Of a stretch of 64,000 nt of DNA, positions 18,864 through 29,496 are shown piece after piece (within the stretch, counting starts at the first letter, position 1; each line of letters starts with the position of its first letter). The position numbers and the translations under genes were made by a program. The stretch is from NCBI GenBank assembly GCA_965541585.1, contig CBEUCH010000002.1, positions 192,001 to 256,000 on the forward strand, read 5' to 3'. The notes under the pieces are model-generated. The model did not search any database, was not told where the DNA came from, and was given only the letters and a program-made list of their open reading frames with translations. Source of the stretch: an uncultured bacterium. Its GTDB lineage: Bacteria > Zixibacteria > MSB-5A5 > UBA10806.

Positions 18864-20372
18864 ATGAAAGACCCTAAACGCCTGCTGGCAAAAAACGTCT
18901 TCTATAACTGGGCGGGTATAGCGGTTGGATTGGTTATCACTTTTTTCATGAGTCCGTTCCTGGTTCATTCCCTTGGCAAAAGCGAATATGGCATCTGGGC
19001 CTTAATCTTCTCCATTGTGTATTATACGAATTTGGTGGATGTGGGCATGAAGCAAAGCCTGGCGCGATACATTCCCAGATATTATGCGGTCAAAGATTAC
19101 GTCAAGCTAAATGAGGTTATAAACTCCAGTACCTTTCTCTATCTAATTGCCGGATCGCTGGTAATCCTGATAGTCCTGGGAATAGCCTTTTTCTTCCTGG
19201 GGGCTTTCCAGATCGAACCGCAGCAGTTATCGGCCATGCGAATAACCTTGATAATCATCGGCCTGGATCAGGCGATAGTGTTTTTCTTCATGGCCGGCAC
19301 CGCTATCGGACCCTTTCACAGATACGATGTGAATAATATAATCGGCATCCCCATGAGCATAATAAACGCCCTGGTCATCGTCTATTTTATAATGCAGGGC
19401 TACGGACTGGTTGCGCTGGGAATCATCACAATCGTTACGACAATCGTCAGGACTACCATCAGGAGGATTTATCAGCAAGCCCTGGTTCCGCAGATTGAAT
19501 TTCATCCTAAGTATATTAGAAAAGATCGCAGCCGTGAGCTTCTGGGCTACGGGCTGTTCAGCTTCTTTATCGCGATCTCCTGGATGGTGGTATTTAATAC
19601 CGACAACATAATTATAGCCGTTTTCTTGTCCACGACGGCTGTCACTTACTATAGCATCGCGGGCAATCTTGTCGGCCATCTGCGGGGTCTCATCAACGCC
19701 ATAGGTATCCCGCTCGTACCGGCGATAAGCCATTATGACGCCACGAGTGATTTTAGCCAGATTCCAAAACTTTACGCCAAGGTCACGAAATATCTATTTT
19801 ATTTCACCGCCAGTGTTTGTGCTTTACTTCTGATATTCGGCGATAATTTTATTTATCTCTGGATGGGCCGTGATTTTGAGAAAACCGTCCATGTTCTGTA
19901 TATTCTCGTCATACCCGCAGCAATATATCTGCCTCAGATCGCCGCCAACTCCGTGATGCTCGGGATAGGCAAGCATCGAATCCTCTTTTACATCCTGGTT
20001 TCCGAGGCGATTCTCAATCTGGTATTGAGCCTGGTGCTGGTGAGGCCGCTGGGGATTTATGGTGTCGCCCTGGGAACCGCCGTAACACAGCTGCTGATTT
20101 ATACCTATCTTTTCCCCTATGTATTTCACCGGGTTATTAAGGGCAACCTGAGACTATTCTACGGTTACACCCTGAGAACCGTTTCGACGAGCCTCATTAT
20201 TGCAGTACCCGTCGGTCTTGTTGTGGATAGATTTAATCCGCTTTCGGGCTGGACGGGATTGTTCGCAGGCTTGATAATAACAGGTTTGCCTCTTATATGG
20301 GGTTTCTGGTGGGGAGTGCTGTACCCTGAAGACAAGGCAAAGCTGAAGGCGAAATTGTCGCGGAAACGGTGA
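18864..20372 (+). CDS. wzx: Polysaccharide flippase (Wzx/MOP family)
   Basis: About 14 TM; PFLVHSLG..EYGIW, NTDNIII, NLVLSLVLV..LGIYGVALGT. Confidence 0.88.
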   Translation: MKDPKRLLAKNVFYNWAGIAVGLVITFFMSPFLVHSLGKSEYGIWALIFSIVYYTNLVDVGMKQSLARYIPRYYAVKDYVKLNEVINSSTFLYLIAGSLVILIVLGIAFFFLGAFQIEPQQLSAMRITLIIIGLDQAIVFFFMAGTAIGPFHRYDVNNIIGIPMSIINALVIVYFIMQGYGLVALGIITIVTTIVRTTIRRIYQQALVPQIEFHPKYIRKDRSRELLGYGLFSFFIAISWMVVFNTDNIIIAVFLSTTAVTYYSIAGNLVGHLRGLINAIGIPLVPAISHYDATSDFSQIPKLYAKVTKYLFYFTASVCALLLIFGDNFIYLWMGRDFEKTVHVLYILVIPAAIYLPQIAANSVMLGIGKHRILFYILVSEAILNLVLSLVLVRPLGIYGVALGTAVTQLLIYTYLFPYVFHRVIKGNLRLFYGYTLRTVSTSLIIAVPVGLVVDRFNPLSGWTGLFAGLIITGLPLIWGFWWGVLYPEDKAKLKAKLSRKR

Positions 20373-20478
20373 TGATTTTCATTGAAGATGAGTAATAAGG
20401 GGACATCTTTGAAAATAAGACAGACTGTAGGTCCGGGTTGACGGCCGATCTTCCGGAAAATCCAGGGCAGGCCTGAAG

Positions 20479-21879
20479 ATGGATAGATCCAGCCAGATCA
20501 AATATCGGGCTACGCCGGCTGTCACGAAAAAGCACCTGCTTTTTCTAGCGTTTGTTGCATTGATAATTCTCTTTACCATGCTTTTACTATTACCCTCGCC
20601 CTATAACTGGTTTCCCTTCTTCATTCTTGCAGGTCTTCTCTTTGTATTTCTGGCTTTCAAGTACCCGATGCTGGGAGTTTTCATTTATATGCTTATCTTC
20701 CTTGTCAAACCCAACGAATTATTTCCGCTGGTAGGCGGCATGTCCTTTCCGTATGAAAGGTTGGTGGCGATTATCGTTATAGTTCGTTTGGGTATGGGCA
20801 TAGCTTTTGTGGAAAAGAAGTTCAGGGTCCATTACCTGGATTATGGTATTCTGGCGTTTTTTGCAGCGGTTTTTTTCTCAATTCTGGGGGCAAGCGACAT
20901 AGCCTCGGCGCGGGCTCATTTTGATAATTTCTCGAAAATAATTCTATTATATTTTATGATGGTCAATATCGTGAAAAGCGACCGGGATTTCAAATCTCTT
21001 ATCTGGCTGTATATACTTTCAACGGCTTTTTTGGGGGTATATTCCACCTGGAATTATTATTCGGGCGATTACCTGGTTGCTCAGGGAATCAGCAGAGCTT
21101 ATGTCCCTGGTGGCGGGTCGCTAGCGGACCCAAATTCGCTGGCCACAACACTTGTCCTGGGCTTGCCTTTCATGGCACTGATGGCAAAATCTTACAGGAG
21201 TATTATTTTGAAGATATTGCTGGCGGCTATGGTCGCGGCCTGTATCTGGACTATTGTATTAACCGGCTCCCGGGGAGGAATGCTTGGGGTTATAGCCGTT
21301 TTACTCCTGTTGGGATTATTCAGCAAACATAAATTCGCGACCCTGTTGATGGCGATTATTGCGATTATAGTCTTAGGGCTTGTTGCCCCTGAACAGTATG
21401 TCGAACGATTTGAGACCATAGCCCGGTATAACCAGGAAGACGAGACCGGAGCCGGACATTCGGCAAGAGGGCGAATCGAGGGGTTAAAATATGGTTTTGA
21501 TTTTTTTCTCGAAAGGCCGATCACCGGTATAGGAATGGCTAACTTTCCATATTATTTTTTCCATGAGGGAAAGGGGTGGTTTAATCCGCACAATATGTTC
21601 GCCCAACTTATTTCCGAACTGGGAATGGTCGGATTGATAGCATTTTCGCTATTTATTTATCAACTCTCGAGAATCCTCAGGAGAATAAATATTTCATACA
21701 GGGAGAGGAGATTGCCAGCCGATTTCTATTCGCATATGAGCATAGCCATAAAGATTGCGTTCATAATGCTTTTCTTTCAAGGTCTTTTTGGTCATAATCT
21801 CTATCGTTTCAACTGGTATGTTTTTGCGGGCTTGACCACAATCATCGGTAATTTGGTTGAAGAACGGATAGCGAGATAA
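20479..21879 (+). CDS. O-antigen ligase / Wzy-like polymerase
   Basis: Multi-TM; DPNSLA, TGSRGG, PITGIG, PHNMFAQLISELG. Confidence 0.85.
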   Translation: MDRSSQIKYRATPAVTKKHLLFLAFVALIILFTMLLLLPSPYNWFPFFILAGLLFVFLAFKYPMLGVFIYMLIFLVKPNELFPLVGGMSFPYERLVAIIVIVRLGMGIAFVEKKFRVHYLDYGILAFFAAVFFSILGASDIASARAHFDNFSKIILLYFMMVNIVKSDRDFKSLIWLYILSTAFLGVYSTWNYYSGDYLVAQGISRAYVPGGGSLADPNSLATTLVLGLPFMALMAKSYRSIILKILLAAMVAACIWTIVLTGSRGGMLGVIAVLLLLGLFSKHKFATLLMAIIAIIVLGLVAPEQYVERFETIARYNQEDETGAGHSARGRIEGLKYGFDFFLERPITGIGMANFPYYFFHEGKGWFNPHNMFAQLISELGMVGLIAFSLFIYQLSRILRRINISYRERRLPADFYSHMSIAIKIAFIMLFFQGLFGHNLYRFNWYVFAGLTTIIGNLVEERIAR

Positions 21880-21953
21880 TATGAGTATCTTCAAATCCCG
21901 AGGATTTGGCCCGATGAAGGATTTTGGTCTGGATACTGAGGTAAGAGTCCATC

Positions 21954-21981
21954 TTGACATTTATATACAGTTTCATATAAT
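21954..21981 (+). promoter_or_regulatory. Internal sigma70-type promoter upstream of the GT-C gene
   Basis: TTGACA-N16-TATAAT. Confidence 0.6.
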
Positions 21982-22053
21982 GGAAATAGATTATAGAAAT
22001 AGGAATAAGGGTGTTATTCAAAGAGCAGACTGAAAGCTAATAGGGGCCTGAAC

Positions 22054-23640
22054 ATGCACCGGAGTTCATCAACAGAAAGATCTATCTCGATTCTCGTTTT
22101 GACGGTATCTCTGATCGCGTTGCTTCTGTTTATTGCTCACTTTTACGATTTTACCGTTGACGACGCTTTTATCAGTCTGAGATACGCAAGAAATCTATCG
22201 TCCGGGAACGGTCTTGTTTTCAATATTGGTGAAAGAGTCGAAGGCTACACCAACTTCCTGTGGATAATTATAGTAAGTCTGTTCATCCGGCTTGGGGCAG
22301 ACCCCGTTGTCACCGCCAAGATCCTGGGAGTCATTTTCTCATTGGGAACCCTGTATCTGCTATGGTCTTTGTCCCCGATCTTTCTTCCCGGCAAACCATG
22401 GTTGAGAAATGTACCGGCTCTGCTTATGGTGACCACAGCCTCCTTCTCGATCTATGCCGTCTCAGGTCTGGAGACGATCATGTTTTGCTTTCTGCTTACT
22501 CTGGCATTTAAGTTTTTCATTCGCGAAGAAACTGCAATAGGCTCATTTCAGATATCATGGATTATCCTGTTTCTGTTGACCTTAACCCGGCCGGAGGGAT
22601 TTCTATTTTTCATCATATTTGCCGTCGTTAAATTTTCCACGAAAACTAACCGGCGGAGACTCATAGCATGGGCCTCGCCGTACCTATTGCTGCTGGCAGT
22701 CTACCTTATCTGGAAATTGACATATTTTGGCAATATTCTTCCGAATACGTTCTATGCGAAGACCGGACGGGGGCTCGTGCAATATGCAGGCGGGCTATTT
22801 TACACTTACGCATACTTCAAGAGCCACGGCGGAATTATTCTTCTCCTGTTGATCTTCTTGCCTTTATTCTATCTGGTGAAGCGGGATTATGGCGCGAAGA
22901 AACCCGTGGCGCTGTTGATTGTTTCAGTCGTTCTGTGGATTCTCTACAGCATTTACAAGGGTCACGATCCTCTGCCCTCCTTTCGCTTCTTTGTACTCAT
23001 CCTGCCTTTTATATATCTGTTGGTGACGATCGGTCTGGGGATATTTCATGAGGCAGTGGTTTATCTGGCTGCAAGGACCAGATGGCCTGGATTTTCTGCG
23101 AACGCTATAATCTCTATGATCGTCGGCCTGTTGATCTTCAACAATTTCCTGATAGCATATCTATCCACAAATGACCATCCAAAACTGAGGGAATATCAAA
23201 TTCAGATAAATGAGATGAATGTCAATCTGGAGTTTGCGCCTGCCGGGAAATTGCTTAAACAAATAGCCCCGCCCGACGCCAAGATTGCCGTCATCGATGC
23301 CGGCGCGATACCTTATTACTCCGAACTTTACACAATCGACCGATGGGGATTGATCGATCCTCATATCGCCAGAACCAAAAAAAAGGGGCCGCTCGGCGAG
23401 AAATTCGATGCGGATTACATTCTGGAGCGAAAGCCTGAGTTTATCCAGACGAAAATGTATCGAAGCCGCTACAATAAGCTTATAAATAAAGATAAGGTGA
23501 CAGCATCAGATTTTATCTGGCCAGGTGATATGTATCTTTTTCGGAATCCCGTTTTCAGGTCGGACTATGAAATCTGTAAAGAAGCGGCCCTTGATGCGAT
23601 TTTCATTAGAAAGGATTTACTCTCAAGCGTGGATGGCTGA
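22054..23640 (+). CDS. GT-C fold membrane glycosyltransferase (AftB-like family)
   Basis: DDAFISLRYARNL..GNGLVFN.GERVEGYTNFLW, SGLET, TRPEG, YFGNILPNTFYAK, DRWGLIDPHIA. Confidence 0.75.
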   Translation: MHRSSSTERSISILVLTVSLIALLLFIAHFYDFTVDDAFISLRYARNLSSGNGLVFNIGERVEGYTNFLWIIIVSLFIRLGADPVVTAKILGVIFSLGTLYLLWSLSPIFLPGKPWLRNVPALLMVTTASFSIYAVSGLETIMFCFLLTLAFKFFIREETAIGSFQISWIILFLLTLTRPEGFLFFIIFAVVKFSTKTNRRRLIAWASPYLLLLAVYLIWKLTYFGNILPNTFYAKTGRGLVQYAGGLFYTYAYFKSHGGIILLLLIFLPLFYLVKRDYGAKKPVALLIVSVVLWILYSIYKGHDPLPSFRFFVLILPFIYLLVTIGLGIFHEAVVYLAARTRWPGFSANAIISMIVGLLIFNNFLIAYLSTNDHPKLREYQIQINEMNVNLEFAPAGKLLKQIAPPDAKIAVIDAGAIPYYSELYTIDRWGLIDPHIARTKKKGPLGEKFDADYILERKPEFIQTKMYRSRYNKLINKDKVTASDFIWPGDMYLFRNPVFRSDYEICKEAALDAIFIRKDLLSSVDG

Positions 23641-23751
23641 TTATGGAGAGGGAGGGAAACGGCGCCCGAGGGATAGATCCGATGAGAGTCTCCTGGATTC
23701 AATAACGAATAATCTTTTTTGAAGACTATTTAGAGGCGAGCTTAACGAGTA

Positions 23752-25113
23752 ATGGCCACTACATTTTACAATTATCTACACCATGGGATATATCGCCTTA
23801 AGGATCTGATAAAAAGAACAGGTGTTTATAAGTGGTTGGATACCCTGATGTTAGAGCAATACCTGCCCCCCGAGGAGATGGTAACGATTCAAAGCCGTCG
23901 TCTGCGTAATATCATTGTTCATGCCCGCAACCATTCTCCCTATTACAGGAGGCTGTTTAAAGAAGGCGGTATCAGGATAGGCGATGATTTCGATCTTTCG
24001 CAGCTAAAGGATTTGCCGCTTCTAAGACGTGAGGATCTGCAGAGCAACTATAAGAACATTCTCTGTGATGACGCAGGAGAAGTCTATCCCAATTCCTCCG
24101 GCGGCTCCACCGGTAATCCGGTTAATTTCTACCAGGATGAGTCATACAAATCGTTCTCGCAGGCAGCGAATCTGTTGTTTGTGAAGTGGATGGGCATTCG
24201 TTCAGGGGATAAGTCGGCGGCAATCTGGGGCGCCGACAGAGATTTCAGAGATCTGTCTCTGAGGGACAGATTATGGATCAGGTTCGATCGCGGGAAAGCA
24301 CTCAATGCATTCTCAATGTCCGATGAAAAAATAAAGATATTTCTCGGGGAGATGAATAGATTCAGGCCGAAATTGATCTACGGATATGCCTCGGCCTTGT
24401 ATCTGGTGGCGAAGTTCATCAACAGTACGGAACCGTTGACGTTTGTGCCGCTGGCAGTTCGTTCATCGGCCGAGACGCTCTATGATTTTCAGCGACGGGA
24501 AATCGAAAGAGCGTTCGGCACAAAGGTTTTTAACTTTTACGGCTCGCGCGAGATTAATAACTTAACCGGGGAATGTTCCACTCACGAGGGGATGCATATT
24601 CTCTCCTCCGGAAGAATTGTGGAGATTGTCGATGATGCGGGACGGCCGGTAGCGGACGGAATCGAGGGGCAGATTGCGGTTACGGACTTGACAAATTTCG
24701 CGTTTCCTTTCGTGCGTTATCTGAACGGCGATATGGCGGTGAAAAGCATCAAACCTTGCTCTTGTGGCAGAGGATATCCGCTGATCGAGAAGATTCAGGG
24801 CCGCACCAGCGATGTCATAGTGGTTGACGGAGAATTCATTCATGGCGAGTTTTTCACACATCTGTTCTACAACAGGCCGGAGGTCATCCAGTTTCAGCTA
24901 ATACAGGAGGATCCCAAAAGATTGAGGCTTCTCGTGGTTAGCAGGGAGGAAAACCCGAACCTAAATGATATTATCGCCGGCATACGGAAAAAAGTAGGCA
25001 GCGAGGTAACAATCGAAATGGAGTTTACAGACCATATACCTCCTACGGCGTCCGGCAAGCACCGATTTACGATCTCCAGGTTGGAGAATTGGTCAAGGGA
25101 CAACAGCCGTTAG
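23752..25113 (+). CDS. Phenylacetate-CoA ligase-like (CapK-type) adenylating enzyme
   Basis: SSGGSTGNP, GYASAL, FYGSRE, RYLNGD, CSCGRGYP, SGKHRF. Confidence 0.85.
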   Translation: MATTFYNYLHHGIYRLKDLIKRTGVYKWLDTLMLEQYLPPEEMVTIQSRRLRNIIVHARNHSPYYRRLFKEGGIRIGDDFDLSQLKDLPLLRREDLQSNYKNILCDDAGEVYPNSSGGSTGNPVNFYQDESYKSFSQAANLLFVKWMGIRSGDKSAAIWGADRDFRDLSLRDRLWIRFDRGKALNAFSMSDEKIKIFLGEMNRFRPKLIYGYASALYLVAKFINSTEPLTFVPLAVRSSAETLYDFQRREIERAFGTKVFNFYGSREINNLTGECSTHEGMHILSSGRIVEIVDDAGRPVADGIEGQIAVTDLTNFAFPFVRYLNGDMAVKSIKPCSCGRGYPLIEKIQGRTSDVIVVDGEFIHGEFFTHLFYNRPEVIQFQLIQEDPKRLRLLVVSREENPNLNDIIAGIRKKVGSEVTIEMEFTDHIPPTASGKHRFTISRLENWSRDNSR

Positions 25114-25412
25114 ATACCCGAGATTAGATCGGTACCATATACAATTATTGACGCACAGGTCGGCTACCGGTGCGAAGTGAATTTTAGCTTGATAAATATG
25201 CGAATCTGGTCTCAGAATTCCAGAGGAGGAAAAGATACGAAGTGGAGAGTCACCATAAACAAACCGCGGATTTATGCTGAACTTAATAAATGAATGCGGA
25301 CCAGAACCTGCTTCCCTGGATCGTTTGCAGGATTCAATGATGGACCTGGATGACGAGGTATCCTGCATATGTGTTGCAAAACAGGGCAGGTATAGTAATT
25401 TCAGAGTAGCAG

Positions 25413-27197
25413 ATGTTCTACCTTAAAGTCGAAAATAGGTCCGATGAAGGGCCCCGGGGAAAACCGCCCGAGAGAACCGACCTCCATGTGATAGAAAGCG
25501 CCAAGATCCGGATTACGGTGCTAACGGATAAGCTTTATACCTTTTTTCTCAACCAGGATTCTCATGTTTTTATAGGTGAATCTCTTGCTCCATTGAGTGA
25601 CGATGAGATAATCAGGATATACAAGAGGATCGATCATGAACCGCCGATTCTACATAATATACTTCTCACGTTTGCTGTCGTGGATAAAGTGAGCGGGCGA
25701 ACGAGAGTGTATAAGAGTATCTGTTGTAACCGGCCCTTATATTATCATTGCAGCCATCGGACAATAAAATGTACCAGCCACATACAATTGATGAAGGGGG
25801 ATGGCGTAAAACTGGAGCTAAATCAAGAAGTTTTGCCGGAGTTTTTTGTCTACCGGTACGTGATGCCACCCGAAACGTTATTCAAGGATATACGGTGTCT
25901 ACCGGGAGGCTGGAGTCTTGTAACCGAAGGCGACCATAAAGAGATCAGCTTAAGGAAACTCTGGAACCCTGAAAAGGCTGAGTCGAATAGCAAATTAAGT
26001 GAAGCTGTTCTAACGACCTCAAAACTTCTGCATAATTCAATCGATTTTCTGAAGACATATAGTGAGACGACCGTCTTGATGTTATCAGGGGGATTAGACT
26101 CTTCAATTCTGGGCGCTATCTCCAAGAATAAAGGACTCGATATCAAGAGTATATCTTCCGGGTTCCATTGTATCACGGATGAATTCGGAGAAAGCGAATA
26201 TGCCCTTAGCGCGGCAAAGTCAATGGATTTTGATCATAAAATACACGACGTGAGTCATGAGGATTACCTGTCCGGTCTGGTTGACTCTCTGGACGTGTGT
26301 GCCGAACCGATCCATCATTTGCAGTCTGTCATATTGTATTCGTTGTTTTCCAAGACCTCTGAAGTCGGCGCCAGGTATCTAATTAATGGACAGGGCGCGG
26401 ACGGGCTGTTTTGTCATTCGAGTCAATATGTCTGGTGGAAATACAAAAATATTCTCAAGCTTGCGGATTTTCCGTTTATTAAAATACCAATGACGCCTTT
26501 AGTCCGTCTTTTGTCCAGGTTCGACAGCCGTTACAGGCTTTTCAGTTATCACCATTCTGATGATCATTCCAGGGCGGATAATTTCATTTACGCTCACGAG
26601 GCTTATGGCAATATTGGCTGGGTGAAGAAGTATTTTGGCGTTAAACAGGATGCTATCGTAAGGAATCGCCTTGGATTTCTGAATTCTTTCGAGCAAAGTT
26701 CTCTTCTGGACAAGGTCTCACTTCTCACATTTTTTGGCGACGTGGATAAGACTATGCGTATTTGGGGAAAGTTGGCGGAGCACTTTAACAGTATAGTAGT
26801 CTATCCTTTTTCCTACCCCGATCTCATAAATCATTCTTTTAGAGTCCCCTGGGATCTGAAAGCGGCCGAGCCTAAGATGCTGTTAAGAAATGTTGCAAAG
26901 CATATAGAAATTTCAGATTCGATTATAATGCGTTCTAAAAAAAGCTTCGGATTCCCGATAGCATACTGGGCTTTGCCAGGGACCCTGTTTCAACCGCTGG
27001 TCGACATGGCCGGGGAGATGTTCGAGAAAGAGGAATTACGCTCTTTACAGACGATAGAATCATCGAAGGCTATGATACTCTGGGGGATGATCAATTTATA
27101 TATCTGGCACAAGATATTTGTCGATGGTATCGAGCCCGCCGAATTAAAGCGGGAAATTCTTGAACGGCATAGATCTCTGAAGAAGAAAGCTGTATGA
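25413..27197 (+). CDS. Asparagine synthase-related amide ligase lacking the N-terminal Cys
   Basis: RPLYY, LSGGLDSS, NGQGADGLF, KKSFGFP; no MCG N-terminus. Confidence 0.78.
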   Translation: MFYLKVENRSDEGPRGKPPERTDLHVIESAKIRITVLTDKLYTFFLNQDSHVFIGESLAPLSDDEIIRIYKRIDHEPPILHNILLTFAVVDKVSGRTRVYKSICCNRPLYYHCSHRTIKCTSHIQLMKGDGVKLELNQEVLPEFFVYRYVMPPETLFKDIRCLPGGWSLVTEGDHKEISLRKLWNPEKAESNSKLSEAVLTTSKLLHNSIDFLKTYSETTVLMLSGGLDSSILGAISKNKGLDIKSISSGFHCITDEFGESEYALSAAKSMDFDHKIHDVSHEDYLSGLVDSLDVCAEPIHHLQSVILYSLFSKTSEVGARYLINGQGADGLFCHSSQYVWWKYKNILKLADFPFIKIPMTPLVRLLSRFDSRYRLFSYHHSDDHSRADNFIYAHEAYGNIGWVKKYFGVKQDAIVRNRLGFLNSFEQSSLLDKVSLLTFFGDVDKTMRIWGKLAEHFNSIVVYPFSYPDLINHSFRVPWDLKAAEPKMLLRNVAKHIEISDSIIMRSKKSFGFPIAYWALPGTLFQPLVDMAGEMFEKEELRSLQTIESSKAMILWGMINLYIWHKIFVDGIEPAELKREILERHRSLKKKAV

Positions 27198-28393
27198 AAA
27201 TTCTAATCATCGACGAGGAATTCCCTTTTCCCCTCAATACCGGCAAGCGTATTCGGAGTTTTAACCTGGCTAAGGCGCTGACGGATTTTCATGATGTTTC
27301 GTATCTGGCGTATGGTTTATCCGGTTCCGATGCTTTCCTCTTCTTAGAAAAGAAGAAAATTACGCCATATCCCGTAACGCCGCGGGATAGACGAAAGAGC
27401 GGTCCGGGATTCTATCTCAGATTGTTGCTTAATCTGTTTTCCCCGTTGCCCTATATTGTAACGAGTCACTATTCAAAGGCATTCGAAGGGAGATTGAAAG
27501 AACTACTGGAAGAAGGTGTATATGACATAATCATCTGCGAGTGGACGCCATATGCGATCTTCTTAAAAGACCTGCAAAAGGCTAAAAAGATAATCGTGGC
27601 TCACAACATCGAATCGCGAATCTGGGAGCGATACCGGTCAGAAGAAAGAAATCCCTTAAAAAAATTATATACTGCAATCCAGGAAAAGAAAATTAAGAGG
27701 TTTGAGAGGGAATGTTTCCACTGGGCTGATGGCGCCACCGCAGTCTGCGATGGCGAGGCGCGCCAGATCAATGACTATGGCGTAGCTTACCGGGTGGAAG
27801 TCATCGAAAATGGAGTTGACGTTGAGTATTTCAGCCCGCAGGAAGAGGATATCGATCACAACATGCTGGTATTCACAGGATCAATGGACTGGCGTCCCAA
27901 CCAGGATGCCGTCGGTTATTTCGTCGCCGAGATACTCCCTCGGATCCGGGAGAGGGTGCCCTCGATTACCGCGGTTTTCGTGGGACGCAACCCGCCAAAA
28001 GGTATGCTGAAGCTGGGTAAGCTCAATGGCGTTATCGTGACCGGCACGGTTGAAGATGTCAGGCCCTTTATAGCCAGGGCCGGAGTATATATAGTTCCGT
28101 TGCGCATCGGCGGAGGCTCGCGAATAAAAATATTGGAGGCTCTGGCCATGAAAAAACCGGTGGTCTCCACGTCGGTGGGCGCCGAGGGATTGCGTGTGAA
28201 ACCCGGAGAGGATATAATCATCGTGGATAGAGCGGAAGAATTCGCGGAGGCAGTGGTCTCCTGCCTCGGGGATACAGATCTTTCGAGGGGATTGGGGGAA
28301 AAAGGCAGAATGCTCGTCGAGAAATATTATCGCTGGCAGGAGCTGGGGAAGAAGTATAATGATTACATAATTGCGGTTGCGAACGGGCAATGA
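27194..28393 (+). CDS. GT4 glycosyltransferase
   Basis: FPFPLNTG, HNIES, FTGSMDWRPNQD, GGGSRIKILEALA. Confidence 0.9.
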   Translation: MKILIIDEEFPFPLNTGKRIRSFNLAKALTDFHDVSYLAYGLSGSDAFLFLEKKKITPYPVTPRDRRKSGPGFYLRLLLNLFSPLPYIVTSHYSKAFEGRLKELLEEGVYDIIICEWTPYAIFLKDLQKAKKIIVAHNIESRIWERYRSEERNPLKKLYTAIQEKKIKRFERECFHWADGATAVCDGEARQINDYGVAYRVEVIENGVDVEYFSPQEEDIDHNMLVFTGSMDWRPNQDAVGYFVAEILPRIRERVPSITAVFVGRNPPKGMLKLGKLNGVIVTGTVEDVRPFIARAGVYIVPLRIGGGSRIKILEALAMKKPVVSTSVGAEGLRVKPGEDIIIVDRAEEFAEAVVSCLGDTDLSRGLGEKGRMLVEKYYRWQELGKKYNDYIIAVANGQ

Positions 28394-29496
28394 ATATACT
28401 TCATCTCAGAGCCTCCAATTTCTATGGAGGGCCCGAACGTCAGCTACATTCACACGCCCTCCGGACTTTAGAATCTGGATTTAATATGGTCATAGGGTCT
28501 TTTAAAGAGCACCGGAAGAGCCCCGAGTTTATAGATGTTATCAGCAATGATGACGTCGCTACGCATGTTTTTGACGTCAAGAATCCATATGATCCGAGAG
28601 CCGTGAAGCTCCTGAGGGAATATATAATCGCCAATAAGATTCGTATTCTTTGCACTCATGATTACCGCACCCACCTGATCGGCTTTCTGGCAACGATTGC
28701 AGTGGATGCAAAATGGATTGCTTTTTCACGGGGCTGGACGGCAGAGAGCTTTAAAGTGAGAGCGTATCATATACTCGATAAGATCATCGTTAGATTCGCA
28801 GATCATGTGGTGGCGGTATCCGGTTCGCAAAGAATTAAGCTGCTCCGTCTGCTGGTACCAGCACGCAAAATTTCTGTAATCCACAATGCCATAGAGCCGA
28901 CCGGGATCGCGCCAATCCCTAAGGCAGATCTGCACGCGAGATTCGGCTTCCCCGAGGATTCAATTATTTGTCTATGCGGCGGGCGGTTCAGCCGTGAAAA
29001 AGGACATATTTATCTGGTAAGAGCGGCCACCCTGGCAATCGAGGATAATGGCAGGTTGCGCTTCGTCCTTTTTGGAGACGGCCCCGAGCTGGAGAGGGTG
29101 AAAAAGGCCATTGTCCGAAAAGGTTTAGAGAACCATATTCTATGTCCGGGATTTGAAAGGAATCTGGTAGGCTGCCTCAAGGGCGCGGATGTATTGGTTA
29201 ATCCTTCGCTCTCCGAGGGATTGCCCAATATAGTGCTGGAGGCCATGGCCCTGAGGCTGCCTGTCATTGCAACCGCGGTGGGGGGAGTGCCGGAGTTGAT
29301 AACGGATCGAGAAAGCGGATTTTTGGTGCCGCCCGGCGATGAAGCGGCCCTGGCGAGGGCTATTCTGAGGTTTATCAGCGGAGCTGAGGACATAGACAGA
29401 ATTGCAGGCTCAGCATTTAAGATTATCGTCGAGCGCTTTTCGTTCGAAACGCAAATGCGGAAACTGGCCGGCCTGTATGATCTGGTCGGGAGGTGA
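28390..29496 (+). CDS. GT4 glycosyltransferase
   Basis: GGPER, GRFSREKG, EGLPNIVLEAMA (EX7E). Confidence 0.9.
   Translation: MNILHLRASNFYGGPERQLHSHALRTLESGFNMVIGSFKEHRKSPEFIDVISNDDVATHVFDVKNPYDPRAVKLLREYIIANKIRILCTHDYRTHLIGFLATIAVDAKWIAFSRGWTAESFKVRAYHILDKIIVRFADHVVAVSGSQRIKLLRLLVPARKISVIHNAIEPTGIAPIPKADLHARFGFPEDSIICLCGGRFSREKGHIYLVRAATLAIEDNGRLRFVLFGDGPELERVKKAIVRKGLENHILCPGFERNLVGCLKGADVLVNPSLSEGLPNIVLEAMALRLPVIATAVGGVPELITDRESGFLVPPGDEAALARAILRFISGAEDIDRIAGSAFKIIVERFSFETQMRKLAGLYDLVGR

Noticed and set aside
25413..27197. Lasso peptide cyclase (Cys-less AsnB fold)
   Set aside because: No B1/PqqD, B2 protease or precursor nearby; gene is coupled to glycosyltransferases
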